Source of the DNA: a virus
Taxonomy: Duplodnaviria > Heunggongvirae > Uroviricota > Caudoviricetes
Reading direction: 5' to 3' (one strand)
IMG/VR virus record: IMGVR_UViG_3300042922_000906
Span: 40,054-104,053 of that record
DNA: 64,000 bases
Below, one piece after another: positions 17,765 through 26,734 of this stretch (the first letter of the stretch is position 1; the number at the start of each line of letters is the position of its first letter). The notes beneath the pieces were generated by a model. That model had not been told where the DNA came from. It saw only the letters and a list, made by a program, of their open reading frames with translations, and did no database searches. The translations under genes were made by a program, and so were the position numbers.

Positions 17765-18699
17765 TGTATAATAAAGAGATTAAGGAAAAGTTTATTAATG
17801 AACACTATAACACCGAAGAAAGTAAAAAAGTAGTTGAGTGTGCTTTTAATAATTATAGTAAAATTGAAGAACAATATGATACTGATCTATATCATTTCAA
17901 TTTTTATCAAAGAAATGAATTGCTTATGAATCTATCTTCGTCTAGTATAAAGGCAATAAGAAAAGATTATAATTATATTCAAAGTTATGTACGGTGGGCA
18001 GAAAATAGGGGAATGTGTCCTCTTAATATGGCTTTTATAGATTTGTCAACTAATGAATTAAAACAATTTGTTTCAAATGCAAAGAAAGATCAATTTATTA
18101 AAAACAGAGAAGAATTATATAATAATTTTTTACCTAAGATACATAATGTAATAGACAAGGCCATGATAATATTAATATATGAGGGTGTGCTAGGTAAGGA
18201 AGCTGTTGATCTAGTTAATTTTACTAAAGAGAATATAGAATTTGATAAACAACGATTTATATTTAATACGAAAAAGGGAACAAGAATTATTCCTAACATT
18301 GATCAGCAATCAATAGATATACTAAAAAAATCAATTAGTGAGACAATTTACGAACTAGACAATGGTAATTCTAATGCTAAAGCACCAACTAGAAATTTAG
18401 CTAATTCAGATTATATTGTAAGACCAATTATTGGTTTTGAAGATAAAATTAATAGAATGGGTGTTATAACTAAGTTTTCAAAAATAAAGATTTGGACTGA
18501 AAAACGGTATATAAAACCAAAAAGTATTCATTATTCAGGGATGTTTGATAAGTTAAGAAATATTGAAATTAGTGAAAAAAGAGATTTAGTTACTTATGAT
18601 TATGAAGATGTTTTAACATTATATGGATATAATGCAAAGCAATCAGCACATTTAAAATTGGATTATGAATATTTTTGTGAGATGTTTTACGGAGAATAA
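17764..18699 (+). CDS. hypothetical protein translationally coupled to the ParB-like gene (TAATG overlap)
   Basis: ORF of 311 aa whose start overlaps the upstream stop. Confidence 0.4.
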   Translation: MYNKEIKEKFINEHYNTEESKKVVECAFNNYSKIEEQYDTDLYHFNFYQRNELLMNLSSSSIKAIRKDYNYIQSYVRWAENRGMCPLNMAFIDLSTNELKQFVSNAKKDQFIKNREELYNNFLPKIHNVIDKAMIILIYEGVLGKEAVDLVNFTKENIEFDKQRFIFNTKKGTRIIPNIDQQSIDILKKSISETIYELDNGNSNAKAPTRNLANSDYIVRPIIGFEDKINRMGVITKFSKIKIWTEKRYIKPKSIHYSGMFDKLRNIEISEKRDLVTYDYEDVLTLYGYNAKQSAHLKLDYEYFCEMFYGE

Positions 18700-18709
18700 T
18701 GAATTCTCC
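18691..18709 (+). terminator. hairpin (GGAGAAT/ATTCTCC) overlapping the stop codon; weak terminator candidate
   Basis: Perfect 7-bp inverted repeat. An A/T-rich tail follows. Confidence 0.3.
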
Positions 18710-18815
18710 ATATTTAAATAAAATATTATAATAATATTTGTAAATAATGGAGGTGATGTTTTTTCTTTTTTTTACTATTAATATCTAATTAAAATTTTAT
18801 GTAAGGGGATAAAAT

Positions 18816-19052
18816 ATGATTAATAAAATGTATTACACGATTATGGATGATTGTGGAGAATATACAGATGATTGTGGGGTTTATAGTATTAAGGGCGTTT
18901 ACACTTATCATAGTAGAAAACGATATGATGACGGTAAAATATTACTGGCTACCACTAAAGAAATGGCTGAAAAATGGAAGGATGCGTTGGAGAAAGATAT
19001 TCATAAGGTTGGGTTGATTAGAAAGTTTGAAATTGTTGAGATAGAGATATAG
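18816..19052 (+). CDS. hypothetical protein
   Basis: ORF of 78 aa with a GGGGA SD. Confidence 0.35.
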   Translation: MINKMYYTIMDDCGEYTDDCGVYSIKGVYTYHSRKRYDDGKILLATTKEMAEKWKDALEKDIHKVGLIRKFEIVEIEI

Positions 19053-19080
19053 AGATATGAAAATACATAAGGAAGTGAAA

Positions 19081-19686
19081 ATGATATATGTTTCTTTGAT
19101 ATGTTTAATTTTTATTGGAGTTTACTCAGCCAACTATTCATTAAATTCAAATAGCACTCTTAAACACAATATTATAATAGATGAACATATAAGAGAAAAA
19201 ATTAATTATTCAAACCAAATTTTAATAAAAGAATTTGAAATTCGACAACTCAAAATCAATAATTCCAACCTAACAAAAGAAGTGAATAAGTTAAAAGAAG
19301 AACATAAACAATTTGAAACGTCAAGAGGAGTGATTGATAATGGCTATAAGGTGAAAGTTACAGCTTATACACTCTCGGAAGATTCTTGTGGTAAAAGTAA
19401 ACTACATCCTGAATACGGAATTACGGCATCAGGATACAGTCTTAAAGGACAGACACTAGAGACAGCTAGAACAATAGCAGTAGACCCAAAGGTTATACCA
19501 ATGGGTAGTAAAGTTAGAATTTTATTTAAAGACAAAGAATTCAGTTATCTTAACGGAGAATACACAGCAAGAGATACAGGGAGATTGATTAAAAATAATA
19601 AAATTGATCTGTATTATGGAGAAGAAAATGATAATGAGGCTAGACTATTTGGTGTAAGAGAAGCCTATATTGAAGTAATTAACTAA
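19081..19686 (+). CDS. secreted 3D-domain protein (YuiC/YabE-like cell-wall-binding or lytic-transglycosylase fold)
   Basis: Signal peptide MIYVSLICLIFIGVYSA. The 3D-domain segment reads KVKVTAYTLSEDSCGKSKL...GYSLKGQTLETARTIAVDP...YTARDTG...IDLYY. The start is set at the ATG behind the ATACATAAGGAAG motif. Confidence 0.65.
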   Translation: MIYVSLICLIFIGVYSANYSLNSNSTLKHNIIIDEHIREKINYSNQILIKEFEIRQLKINNSNLTKEVNKLKEEHKQFETSRGVIDNGYKVKVTAYTLSEDSCGKSKLHPEYGITASGYSLKGQTLETARTIAVDPKVIPMGSKVRILFKDKEFSYLNGEYTARDTGRLIKNNKIDLYYGEENDNEARLFGVREAYIEVIN

Positions 19687-19726
19687 GTAATAGAATATAA
19701 GGTCAAAATCTGTCGAACGATTGTTC

Positions 19727-19755
19727 TTTTATATTATTGACAATGTTAAACTACA
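19727..19755 (+). promoter_or_regulatory. sigma-A-type promoter (TTGACA, 17 nt spacer, TATAAT)
   Basis: Consensus hexamers with the conserved spacer ATGTTAAACTACAATAA. Confidence 0.55.
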
Positions 19756-19811
19756 ATAATATAATATAAATATAACCAATCAAAACAGCAAGTTAAAGCG
19801 CAAGAAAGGAT

Positions 19812-20177
19812 ATGGTGAATTATATGGAAAAACTATTTAAATGTATCGTGTGTGGAAAAATTTTTGAGGGGGTAGATGCAGAAGAAAAATGTGATACCCA
19901 TGAAAAAAATTGCCAAAAAACTATTTATTTTAAAGATGATTTTAGTAGTGAGGTTATAAGCTATAAGAATACAGTTAAGTTTGACTATGCCGAAGAAACA
20001 AAAAGAAACCAATGTCATGTTTTAAAATGCGATGTACCAAGATTGGGAAGTAAATTTGAAGGTAAAAAAATAGAATTTAATGTCACCGATAATGGTTTGG
20101 AAAGTATAATAAAGTGTCTTGAACCAGAGGCATATGAAAGGATTATGGGGACTCAAAGGAAGGAAGATGAGGAATGA
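19812..20177 (+). CDS. zinc-finger protein (CxxC...CDTH...C)
   Basis: CIVCGKIFEGVDAEEKCDTHEKNC is the visible zinc-binding arrangement. Confidence 0.4.
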   Translation: MVNYMEKLFKCIVCGKIFEGVDAEEKCDTHEKNCQKTIYFKDDFSSEVISYKNTVKFDYAEETKRNQCHVLKCDVPRLGSKFEGKKIEFNVTDNGLESIIKCLEPEAYERIMGTQRKEDEE

Positions 20178-20213
20178 GAATTTAAAGCGTGATTTTATCA
20201 GGAGGCTATTTGA

Positions 20214-20414
20214 ATGGAAACAATTATATTCTTTGAAGTTGAACCGAAATGTATAAACCAACGATATAGAATAAGAGAGTCAGCAGAAACATGTTGTAGA
20301 TTTTCAGGTAATATATGCAGAGATGGAAATTTACGTTGCGGAAAATATAGTGAAAATCTTAATGAAGGAAAAACAATTGAGAACAAAAATAGAAAAGATT
20401 GGTGGACAGTATAA
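20214..20414 (+). CDS. hypothetical Cys-rich protein
   Basis: ORF of 66 aa. Confidence 0.3.
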   Translation: METIIFFEVEPKCINQRYRIRESAETCCRFSGNICRDGNLRCGKYSENLNEGKTIENKNRKDWWTV

Positions 20415-20450
20415 AATCTCTATTTTAAAGAAAAAGAAAGTGATAATAAC

Positions 20451-20948
20451 ATGATAAAAATAGTTGAAGGAAATATATTAGATGCAAATGAAAAACTGAT
20501 ATGTCAGCAAGTGAACTGTCAGGGTGTAATGGGTTCTGGATTAGCAAAGCAACTTAAAGATAAATATCCAAAGTTATATCCTTCATATAAGAAATTTTGT
20601 GAAGGTTGTAAAGATAATAATCCAAGAACATTATTGGGAGAGTTTCAAACTGTGCCTATGCCTGATGGAAAAGTAATAGTTAATTTGTTTGGTCAATTTG
20701 ACTTTGGAAGAGATAAAAAATATACAGATTATGATGCATTAAGAAATAGTTTAGAAAATATATTATTTGTTGCAAAAGAATGTGGAAATGATTCAATTGC
20801 TATTCCTTATAATCTAGGCTGTGGATTAGCTGGTGGTGATTGGAATATAGTTTACAAAATAATTGAAGATGTGTTTCAAGATTATGATGTAACTATTTAT
20901 TACCTAATAGGTAATAAAAATCATGTTTTAAGCAGAGGATTAAAATAA
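20451..20948 (+). CDS. macro-domain protein (ADP-ribose binding / ADP-ribosyl hydrolase family)
   Basis: Begins GNILDANEKLICQQVNCQGVMGSGLAKQLK, the N..(V/A)N..G.MG.G(L/I)A signature of macro domains. Length 165 aa. Confidence 0.65.
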   Translation: MIKIVEGNILDANEKLICQQVNCQGVMGSGLAKQLKDKYPKLYPSYKKFCEGCKDNNPRTLLGEFQTVPMPDGKVIVNLFGQFDFGRDKKYTDYDALRNSLENILFVAKECGNDSIAIPYNLGCGLAGGDWNIVYKIIEDVFQDYDVTIYYLIGNKNHVLSRGLK

Positions 20949-21409
20949 TGGACAAGATTAAATGTATTTTTATGGGATGGATAATGTTTAAGCATTATTA
21001 TTGTAAAACAAATAGCGATTATAGTTATTCTAGAGGTTTTTATTACACTGATAAACCAACAATTGCAGATAATGCATGGTTTAAAAAAGAAGAAAATTTC
21101 TATAAATGTGAAATTGAAAAGCCACCATTTGAAATAAATGAAAAAGTGTATATTCCAGAATTAGACCTAACTGTGCTTATAACTGATAGAATCAGATCGA
21201 TAGATGGTTCAGTGGTATTCAAAACCAATTATGAGATTAAAATTATTGAAGATGAGTGTACTATTGAGTCATTGGCAGAAGCGACAAAAAACATTGAACA
21301 AGAAACGGGAAAGTATAATGATTGGATAAGTTCTCAAAAATCTAGCTATAAAAAAAGTGGTATCAATTTTGGATGTAAAGTAAAAGAATATATAAAAACT
21401 GTGTTTTAA
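20948..21409 (+). CDS. hypothetical protein
   Basis: ORF of 153 aa overlapping the previous stop. Confidence 0.35.
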   Translation: MDKIKCIFMGWIMFKHYYCKTNSDYSYSRGFYYTDKPTIADNAWFKKEENFYKCEIEKPPFEINEKVYIPELDLTVLITDRIRSIDGSVVFKTNYEIKIIEDECTIESLAEATKNIEQETGKYNDWISSQKSSYKKSGINFGCKVKEYIKTVF

Positions 21410-21422
21410 ATGGAGGAAGATT

Positions 21423-21737
21423 ATGATCAATCCATTACCTTGGAAATTTTCAAAAAGTATTTCTGGAGAACAAAAATATAATGTTATATTTGATGTAAAT
21501 GATAAAGAATGTGTGTTACATGTTAATGACTATGAATTATCAGATGAAAATGCTGAGTATATAATTAAAGCTTGCAATATGTTTCCCGAAGTTGTAGAAG
21601 CTCTTAGAATGGTGTTACATGATACAATGAATGGTCATTTATCAGATAAGGCTGAAGAAATCATGTGTAGAGCTTATAGTGTATTGAATAAGAACAATAT
21701 AAAAGTACCAAATTTTTATGATAAACAAAACATTTAA
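21423..21737 (+). CDS. hypothetical protein
   Basis: ORF of 104 aa with a GGAGG SD. Confidence 0.35.
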   Translation: MINPLPWKFSKSISGEQKYNVIFDVNDKECVLHVNDYELSDENAEYIIKACNMFPEVVEALRMVLHDTMNGHLSDKAEEIMCRAYSVLNKNNIKVPNFYDKQNI

Positions 21738-21927
21738 AAAACTGTGTTTTTATTGTGGCGGTAATGTAAAGCTATTTTACTTAATTAGAATTTGGAATGA
21801 GTGGAATCCTCCATTGCGATATGAAAAGGTCGTATGGGATGAAAAGTTTGTGAAGAAGTTTGAATGGATATAAAAATCACTTTTAATTATCACAAAATTA
21901 AAATATTATAAAATAAAAGGAGATTGA

Positions 21928-22377
21928 ATGATGGATAAATTAACAAAATCACTTAAATGTTCTTTCTGTGGTAAATCTCAAAACCAAGTTAAGAGATTGA
22001 TTGCGGGGCCGGGTATTTATATATGTGATGAATGTGTAGATTTGTGTTCAGAAATTATTGAAGAAGAATCTGATATAAAAGTAGATGATTTACTTGATGA
22101 TGTACCGACTCCAAGCATAATTAAAAAATATCTTGATCAGCATGTTATAGGACAAGAAGAAGCTAAAAAATCATTAAGTGTAGCTGTTTATAATCACTAC
22201 AAAAGAATAAATTCTTTAAAGAAAAAGAAAAAATCAGATGATGTAGAAATTCAGAAAAGCAATATACTCATGATCGGTACTACGGGTATAGGAAAAACTG
22301 AATTGGCTAGAACAATAGCGAAAATGCTAAAACTTCCCTTTGCTATTGCTGATGCCACTACGTTAACGGAAGCAGGG
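21928..22377 (+). CDS. clpX: ClpX ATP-dependent protease ATPase subunit, exon 1 (zinc-binding domain plus Walker A)
   Basis: Zinc-binding domain [30 protein letters not shown] and Walker [17 protein letters not shown]. The frame ends ...[10 protein letters not shown] followed by TA, at the intron boundary. Confidence 0.8.
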
Positions 22378-23549
22378 TAAAGGTTTTAAAAAATATTTCA
22401 TATTTTATTCGCATTATTCAAAATTAAGGACGGTAAAGATATATAAGTGATATTGTAAACTATAATTCAGCTATGGAAGATTATATAAATAAACATTTGT
22501 CATTAAGCAAGTTAGCAGAAATTTATAAAATCTCTAGATATAAGCTAACAAAATTATTAAATAAGAATGGTATCAAGATTAGGAATCATAATATTGTTGA
22601 TGTGAACTATAAGGTTGATAATTGCTACTTTGATAAAATTAATACCGAATCAAAAGCGTATTGGCTTGGATTTATTTATGCAGATGGATGTATTAATACG
22701 AGTGGGAATAGTTTAAGATTTTCAATTGAATTAGCCGATTACGATTTTAACCATTTAAAAAAATTTAGAAAAGCAATTAAATCTAATCATCCAATTACTG
22801 AAAGACAAAATAGCAAAAGAAATACATGCAATATTTCAATTAATAGTCGAAACATTGTAAATAAACTAATAGACATTGGATGTGTTACAAATAAAACATA
22901 TAATGGATTTATAGACCCAAACATTTTAAAAACAACAGAAATGAAAATTGCTTTTATTAGAGGTTATTTAGATGGAAATGGTTATATTGACAAGGGTGAC
23001 AAGTATAGAATTGTATTCACATTACAATCAGAAAAATTGGTTGAAGATTTAAATATAATGATAAGAGAGTTAAAAATACATACAAGAATACAAAAAGATC
23101 AAGAATATTTTAGAATACATATTGAAAGAAAAAATGATTTTTATCAACTATTAAATCTAATATATAAAAATGCGAGTATATATTTAGATAGAAAATATGA
23201 AATATTTTTAAGAAGAACAATGCCGTTTGGTCAAGAAACTGACCAAATAATTAGTGCGAAATTAAGCTGGGAAGTCCTTCCAAACATGTACGAACATAAA
23301 GGTAATGTTTTAGGATAATCAGAACCGAAGGCTAATTTTAAAAGATTAGTCAGGGGCAGAGCATAGAGATTGAAATTATATATTCCATTAATATATAAAA
23401 TATAATATCTCCACGAGGTCGCACTACCTAACCTTATATTATAAAAATTTATGGAATTTGATGATTAATATAAGTATGGTAAAAAGATATGCCGAACAAG
23501 TTTGTAATGAACTTGAGGTAAAGATAAAAAGCTTTACGATAACAAATTG
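22378..23549 (+). mobile_element. group I intron interrupting clpX (approx. 1172 nt; 5' exon ends in U, intron ends in G)
   Basis: Joining 22377 to 23550 gives ...[41 protein letters not shown], matching the ClpX consensus across the junction. The insert carries a free-standing LAGLIDADG ORF and about 230 nt of 3' structured sequence. Confidence 0.6.
22473..23318 (+). CDS. LAGLIDADG homing endonuclease (double-motif, intron-encoded)
   Basis: Two dodecapeptide motifs are present: WLGFIYADGCI and IRGYLDGNGYI. Length 281 aa. Confidence 0.75.
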   Translation: MEDYINKHLSLSKLAEIYKISRYKLTKLLNKNGIKIRNHNIVDVNYKVDNCYFDKINTESKAYWLGFIYADGCINTSGNSLRFSIELADYDFNHLKKFRKAIKSNHPITERQNSKRNTCNISINSRNIVNKLIDIGCVTNKTYNGFIDPNILKTTEMKIAFIRGYLDGNGYIDKGDKYRIVFTLQSEKLVEDLNIMIRELKIHTRIQKDQEYFRIHIERKNDFYQLLNLIYKNASIYLDRKYEIFLRRTMPFGQETDQIISAKLSWEVLPNMYEHKGNVLG

Positions 23550-24352
23550 ATGTCGGAGATGACGTAGAAAACATATTGTTAAAACTTCTGCAAGCAGCGG
23601 ACTTTGATGAAGAGCTAGCACAGAAAGGGATTATCTATATTGATGAAATTGATAAAATTGCACGAAAAGGTGAAAATACATCAATTACAAGAGATGTTAA
23701 TGGTGAGGGAGTACAACATGCGTTATTAAAAATACTTGAAGGTACAGTAGCAAGAGTTCCACCACAGGGAGGACGTAAACACCCTCATCAGGAGTGTATT
23801 GAAATAGATACAAGTAATATTCTGTTTATTTGCGGTGGTGCATTTGATGGTATTGATAAGATACTTTCTCAAAAAAATAAGACTGAAAAGAGTATAGGGT
23901 TTGGTGCTTCAGTAAGCAGTAAAATAGAAAACAATAATACAAATTTATTAGAAACAATTGAACCTCATGATTTTGTGAAGTATGGTTTAGTGCCAGAATT
24001 AGTTGGAAGATTACCTGTGATAACTACACTGCAACCATTAGATAAAAATGCGTTATTAAGAATATTAACTGAACCTAAAAATGCAATAGTTAAGCAATAT
24101 CAGAAATTGCTTAATATTGACAATGTTAACCTCGAATTTGAAAATGATGCACTGGAGGAAATTGTTAATAAAGCAATTGAAAGAAAGACTGGTGCTAGAG
24201 GTTTAAGAGGAATACTGGAAAGTGTTATGAAGAATGTTATGTTTGAAATCCCCGATATAAAAAATGCAAAGAAAGTTGTTATTACAAAAGGTGTTGTATT
24301 AGGGCTAGAAAATTCAGTTATTTATGATAGTAAGAATAAAGTTATTGCATAG
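23550..24352 (+). CDS. clpX: ClpX ATPase, exon 2 (Walker B / sensor / C-terminal domain)
   Basis: [10 protein letters not shown] (Walker B), [11 protein letters not shown] and [11 protein letters not shown] all match ClpX. The exon starts at the A of the codon TAT. Confidence 0.8.
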
Positions 24353-24365
24353 AAAGGATAAAAAT

Positions 24366-24917
24366 ATGAAATCAGCTATATCTATTAATCAAAGTGATAA
24401 ACATGCAATCAAAACTTTAAGCGACCACCTTTATGACCTGATTATCAATTTGGATAAAAAGTTTAATAAAATCATATTTGTTTGTATCGGTACAGATCGA
24501 AGTACAGGCGATTCGCTTGCTCCAATAGTAGGTAGTAAAATACATAAGAAATACAATGTTTATGGAACTCTTGAAAATCCAGATCATGCAAAAAATCTAG
24601 AAGAAACTATGAATATGATTGATACTAAAAACAATCTCATTATTGCAATTGATGCCTGTTTAGGTAAGTCGGAGAATGTTGGTAATATTAATATTCATAA
24701 CGGTTCGCTAAAGCCTGGTTCTGCTGTTGGCAAAGATTTAATGGCGGTTGGTGATATTAGTATATCTGGAATAGTTAATTTCAGCGGCTTTATGGACTTC
24801 CTTATACTACAAAATACTAGATTAAGCATTGTAATGAATTTGAGTAATATTATATCAAAAGTTATTTGTAAAACTATGAAGCAAGTAAATAAGGAAAATA
24901 TAAAAAAGAGTGCTTAA
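24366..24917 (+). CDS. yyaC: YyaC-family sporulation protein (GPR-like protease fold)
   Basis: IIFVCIGTDRSTGDSLAPIVG...GTLENPDHAKN...IIAIDACLGK...GSLKPGSAVGKDL...ISISGIVNFSGFMDFLILQNTRLSIVMN aligns along its whole length with B. subtilis YyaC. The start is set at the ATG behind an AAAGGA SD. Confidence 0.8.
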   Translation: MKSAISINQSDKHAIKTLSDHLYDLIINLDKKFNKIIFVCIGTDRSTGDSLAPIVGSKIHKKYNVYGTLENPDHAKNLEETMNMIDTKNNLIIAIDACLGKSENVGNINIHNGSLKPGSAVGKDLMAVGDISISGIVNFSGFMDFLILQNTRLSIVMNLSNIISKVICKTMKQVNKENIKKSA

Positions 24918-24950
24918 AATGTACCTTTTATAGAGTAGAGGAAAAATATC

Positions 24951-25412
24951 ATGATATTTTGGTTGGTTGTAAGTGGAATTTATTATTTTTTAGGATGGAT
25001 ATTATTTATTTACTATTATAGTGATTTTTATAGTGAAGAATGGGCTGTGGGTTCTTTTTTTGGTAGCTTGTTTGGTTTGTGGTTTTTATGGTTTATCCCT
25101 TACGCTTTGAAAAACTTTAAAGGAAATAAGCCTAAAATGAATTTCGAAAAATTATTTAATAAATATAAAATTATTGTAGAAAACCATAAAAAATCAAATG
25201 AACAAGGGATTATATTTTATACAGATTACGATGGGAATGCTTATGTTTATTATAATTTTCCCGAAGAAGATTATTGCGCAATGATTGAAATAAATACTAA
25301 AATTATTAATTCCAAGACTGTAGAGAAAATTATTTCTAAATTAAAAAAGTGGGCAGATAATGAGAATAGGAAAAACGTAAGGATTAGAGTATATAAAAAT
25401 TTAAGTCTTTAA
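24951..25412 (+). CDS. hypothetical membrane-anchored protein
   Basis: Two N-terminal TM helices. Length 153 aa. Confidence 0.35.
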   Translation: MIFWLVVSGIYYFLGWILFIYYYSDFYSEEWAVGSFFGSLFGLWFLWFIPYALKNFKGNKPKMNFEKLFNKYKIIVENHKKSNEQGIIFYTDYDGNAYVYYNFPEEDYCAMIEINTKIINSKTVEKIISKLKKWADNENRKNVRIRVYKNLSL

Positions 25413-25446
25413 AATACATCATTAAGTTCCTAAAAGCGAGGTAAGT

Positions 25447-25764
25447 ATGTTAGACACATATTCAAATACAAATCTAAAAAACAATAATAATTTCAATTAT
25501 AATATTAACGCTGTTAGTGGAACTATTAGAAAATCTCATTCCAAAAGCATTATTACGATGGTTAAATTAGATGATACACTTCTTGATAAAATAAATCCAA
25601 AATATACAACAATAGAAAGAAGATATTCAAGCAAAAGTGATTATGATGGATATAATCATGCGATTGATTATCCTGTAGTTATATTACAGGTGATGTTATG
25701 TGGAGAAAATAAATGTCTTGTAGAGTTTGTTAAACAAGAAAATTTTGAAGATGAGGGATATTAA
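25447..25764 (+). CDS. hypothetical protein
   Basis: ORF of 105 aa. Confidence 0.3.
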   Translation: MLDTYSNTNLKNNNNFNYNINAVSGTIRKSHSKSIITMVKLDDTLLDKINPKYTTIERRYSSKSDYDGYNHAIDYPVVILQVMLCGENKCLVEFVKQENFEDEGY

Positions 25765-25814
25765 ATACAAGCCTATAATTCTTCAATGCTAAAATATTAC
25801 AATAGGAGGTATGT

Positions 25815-26717
25815 ATGTACAAAACTGTGAAAAGATTAGATAGTAGTGAGGGGAATGTATGGAAATACATATTTGAATTTGAAAATGCAATAGCTGAAGC
25901 AGTGTTATATAAATATGATTCTTTTAATGAACGTACTGTTATATGTTGTTCAGTGCAAAGTGGATGTCCAATAGGTTGTACATTTTGTGGTACAGGTAAA
26001 AGATTTATTAGGAATCTATCAAATGAAGAAATTCTTAGTCAAATTACTTATATACTAAAGGATATGAACATTGAAGGAGTCAATAGTTCTAGTAAAAAAT
26101 TTCAGATCATGTTTATGAGTATGGGAGAACCAATGCTTAATTTTAAAGAAGTAGAAAGGGCTATTAGAAGTTTGCACATATTATATCCTAATGCTGACCT
26201 ATTAATGTCTACTATTGGTGTAGATAATGATGATGTTTTCAGAAATATTATAGAATTATCAAAAGATATACATAAGGTAGGGTTACAATTTTCAATACAT
26301 AAATCATGTGATGCTGATCGAAATGAATTAATACCATATAAAAATAAGATGAGTTTATACAAGCTAAGAGATGCAGGATTATTATGGTGGAAAGAGACAG
26401 GTAGAAAACCGTATTTAAATTATTGCGTAGATGGAACAAATAATAAGCATAGTGATTTTTTAAAATTGTATATGAATTTTAGTCCACTTGCATTCTGCTT
26501 TACATTTAGTGTGGTTTGTAGTGCCGATGAAACAATGAAAAAAGCAGGATTTAGAAATTTAGAATCAATTCAAAAATTTCAAGAATATTTCTTAGACAGA
26601 GGATATGATTGCAGAATATTTAATCCAGCAGGTCAAGATGATATTGGTGGAGGATGCGGACAATTATTTTATGTGCAGCAATGGTTAAAGGACTATAAGA
26701 AGACCGATAAAATATAA
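25815..26717 (+). CDS. radical SAM RNA methyltransferase of the RlmN/Cfr family (N-terminally minimal)
   Basis: CCSVQSGCPIGCTFCGTGK parallels the RlmN CVSSQVGCALACTFCSTGQ cluster. MFMSMGEPMLN parallels VFMGMGEPLLN. The C-terminal DDIGGGCGQL parallels DDIDAACGQL, the methyl-carrier Cys. At 300 aa it lacks the roughly 75-aa N-terminal accessory domain. Confidence 0.65.
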   Translation: MYKTVKRLDSSEGNVWKYIFEFENAIAEAVLYKYDSFNERTVICCSVQSGCPIGCTFCGTGKRFIRNLSNEEILSQITYILKDMNIEGVNSSSKKFQIMFMSMGEPMLNFKEVERAIRSLHILYPNADLLMSTIGVDNDDVFRNIIELSKDIHKVGLQFSIHKSCDADRNELIPYKNKMSLYKLRDAGLLWWKETGRKPYLNYCVDGTNNKHSDFLKLYMNFSPLAFCFTFSVVCSADETMKKAGFRNLESIQKFQEYFLDRGYDCRIFNPAGQDDIGGGCGQLFYVQQWLKDYKKTDKI

Positions 26718-26734
26718 ATTTTAAAGGCTGAAAT

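Noticed and set aside
21928-24352. Intein rather than intron in clpX
   Set aside because: A stop codon (TAA) follows the 5' exon immediately. The LAGLIDADG ORF has its own ATG in a different register and is not fused in-frame. No Cys/Ser follows the junction and there is no terminal HN. A group I intron (5' exon ends in U, insert ends in G) fits.
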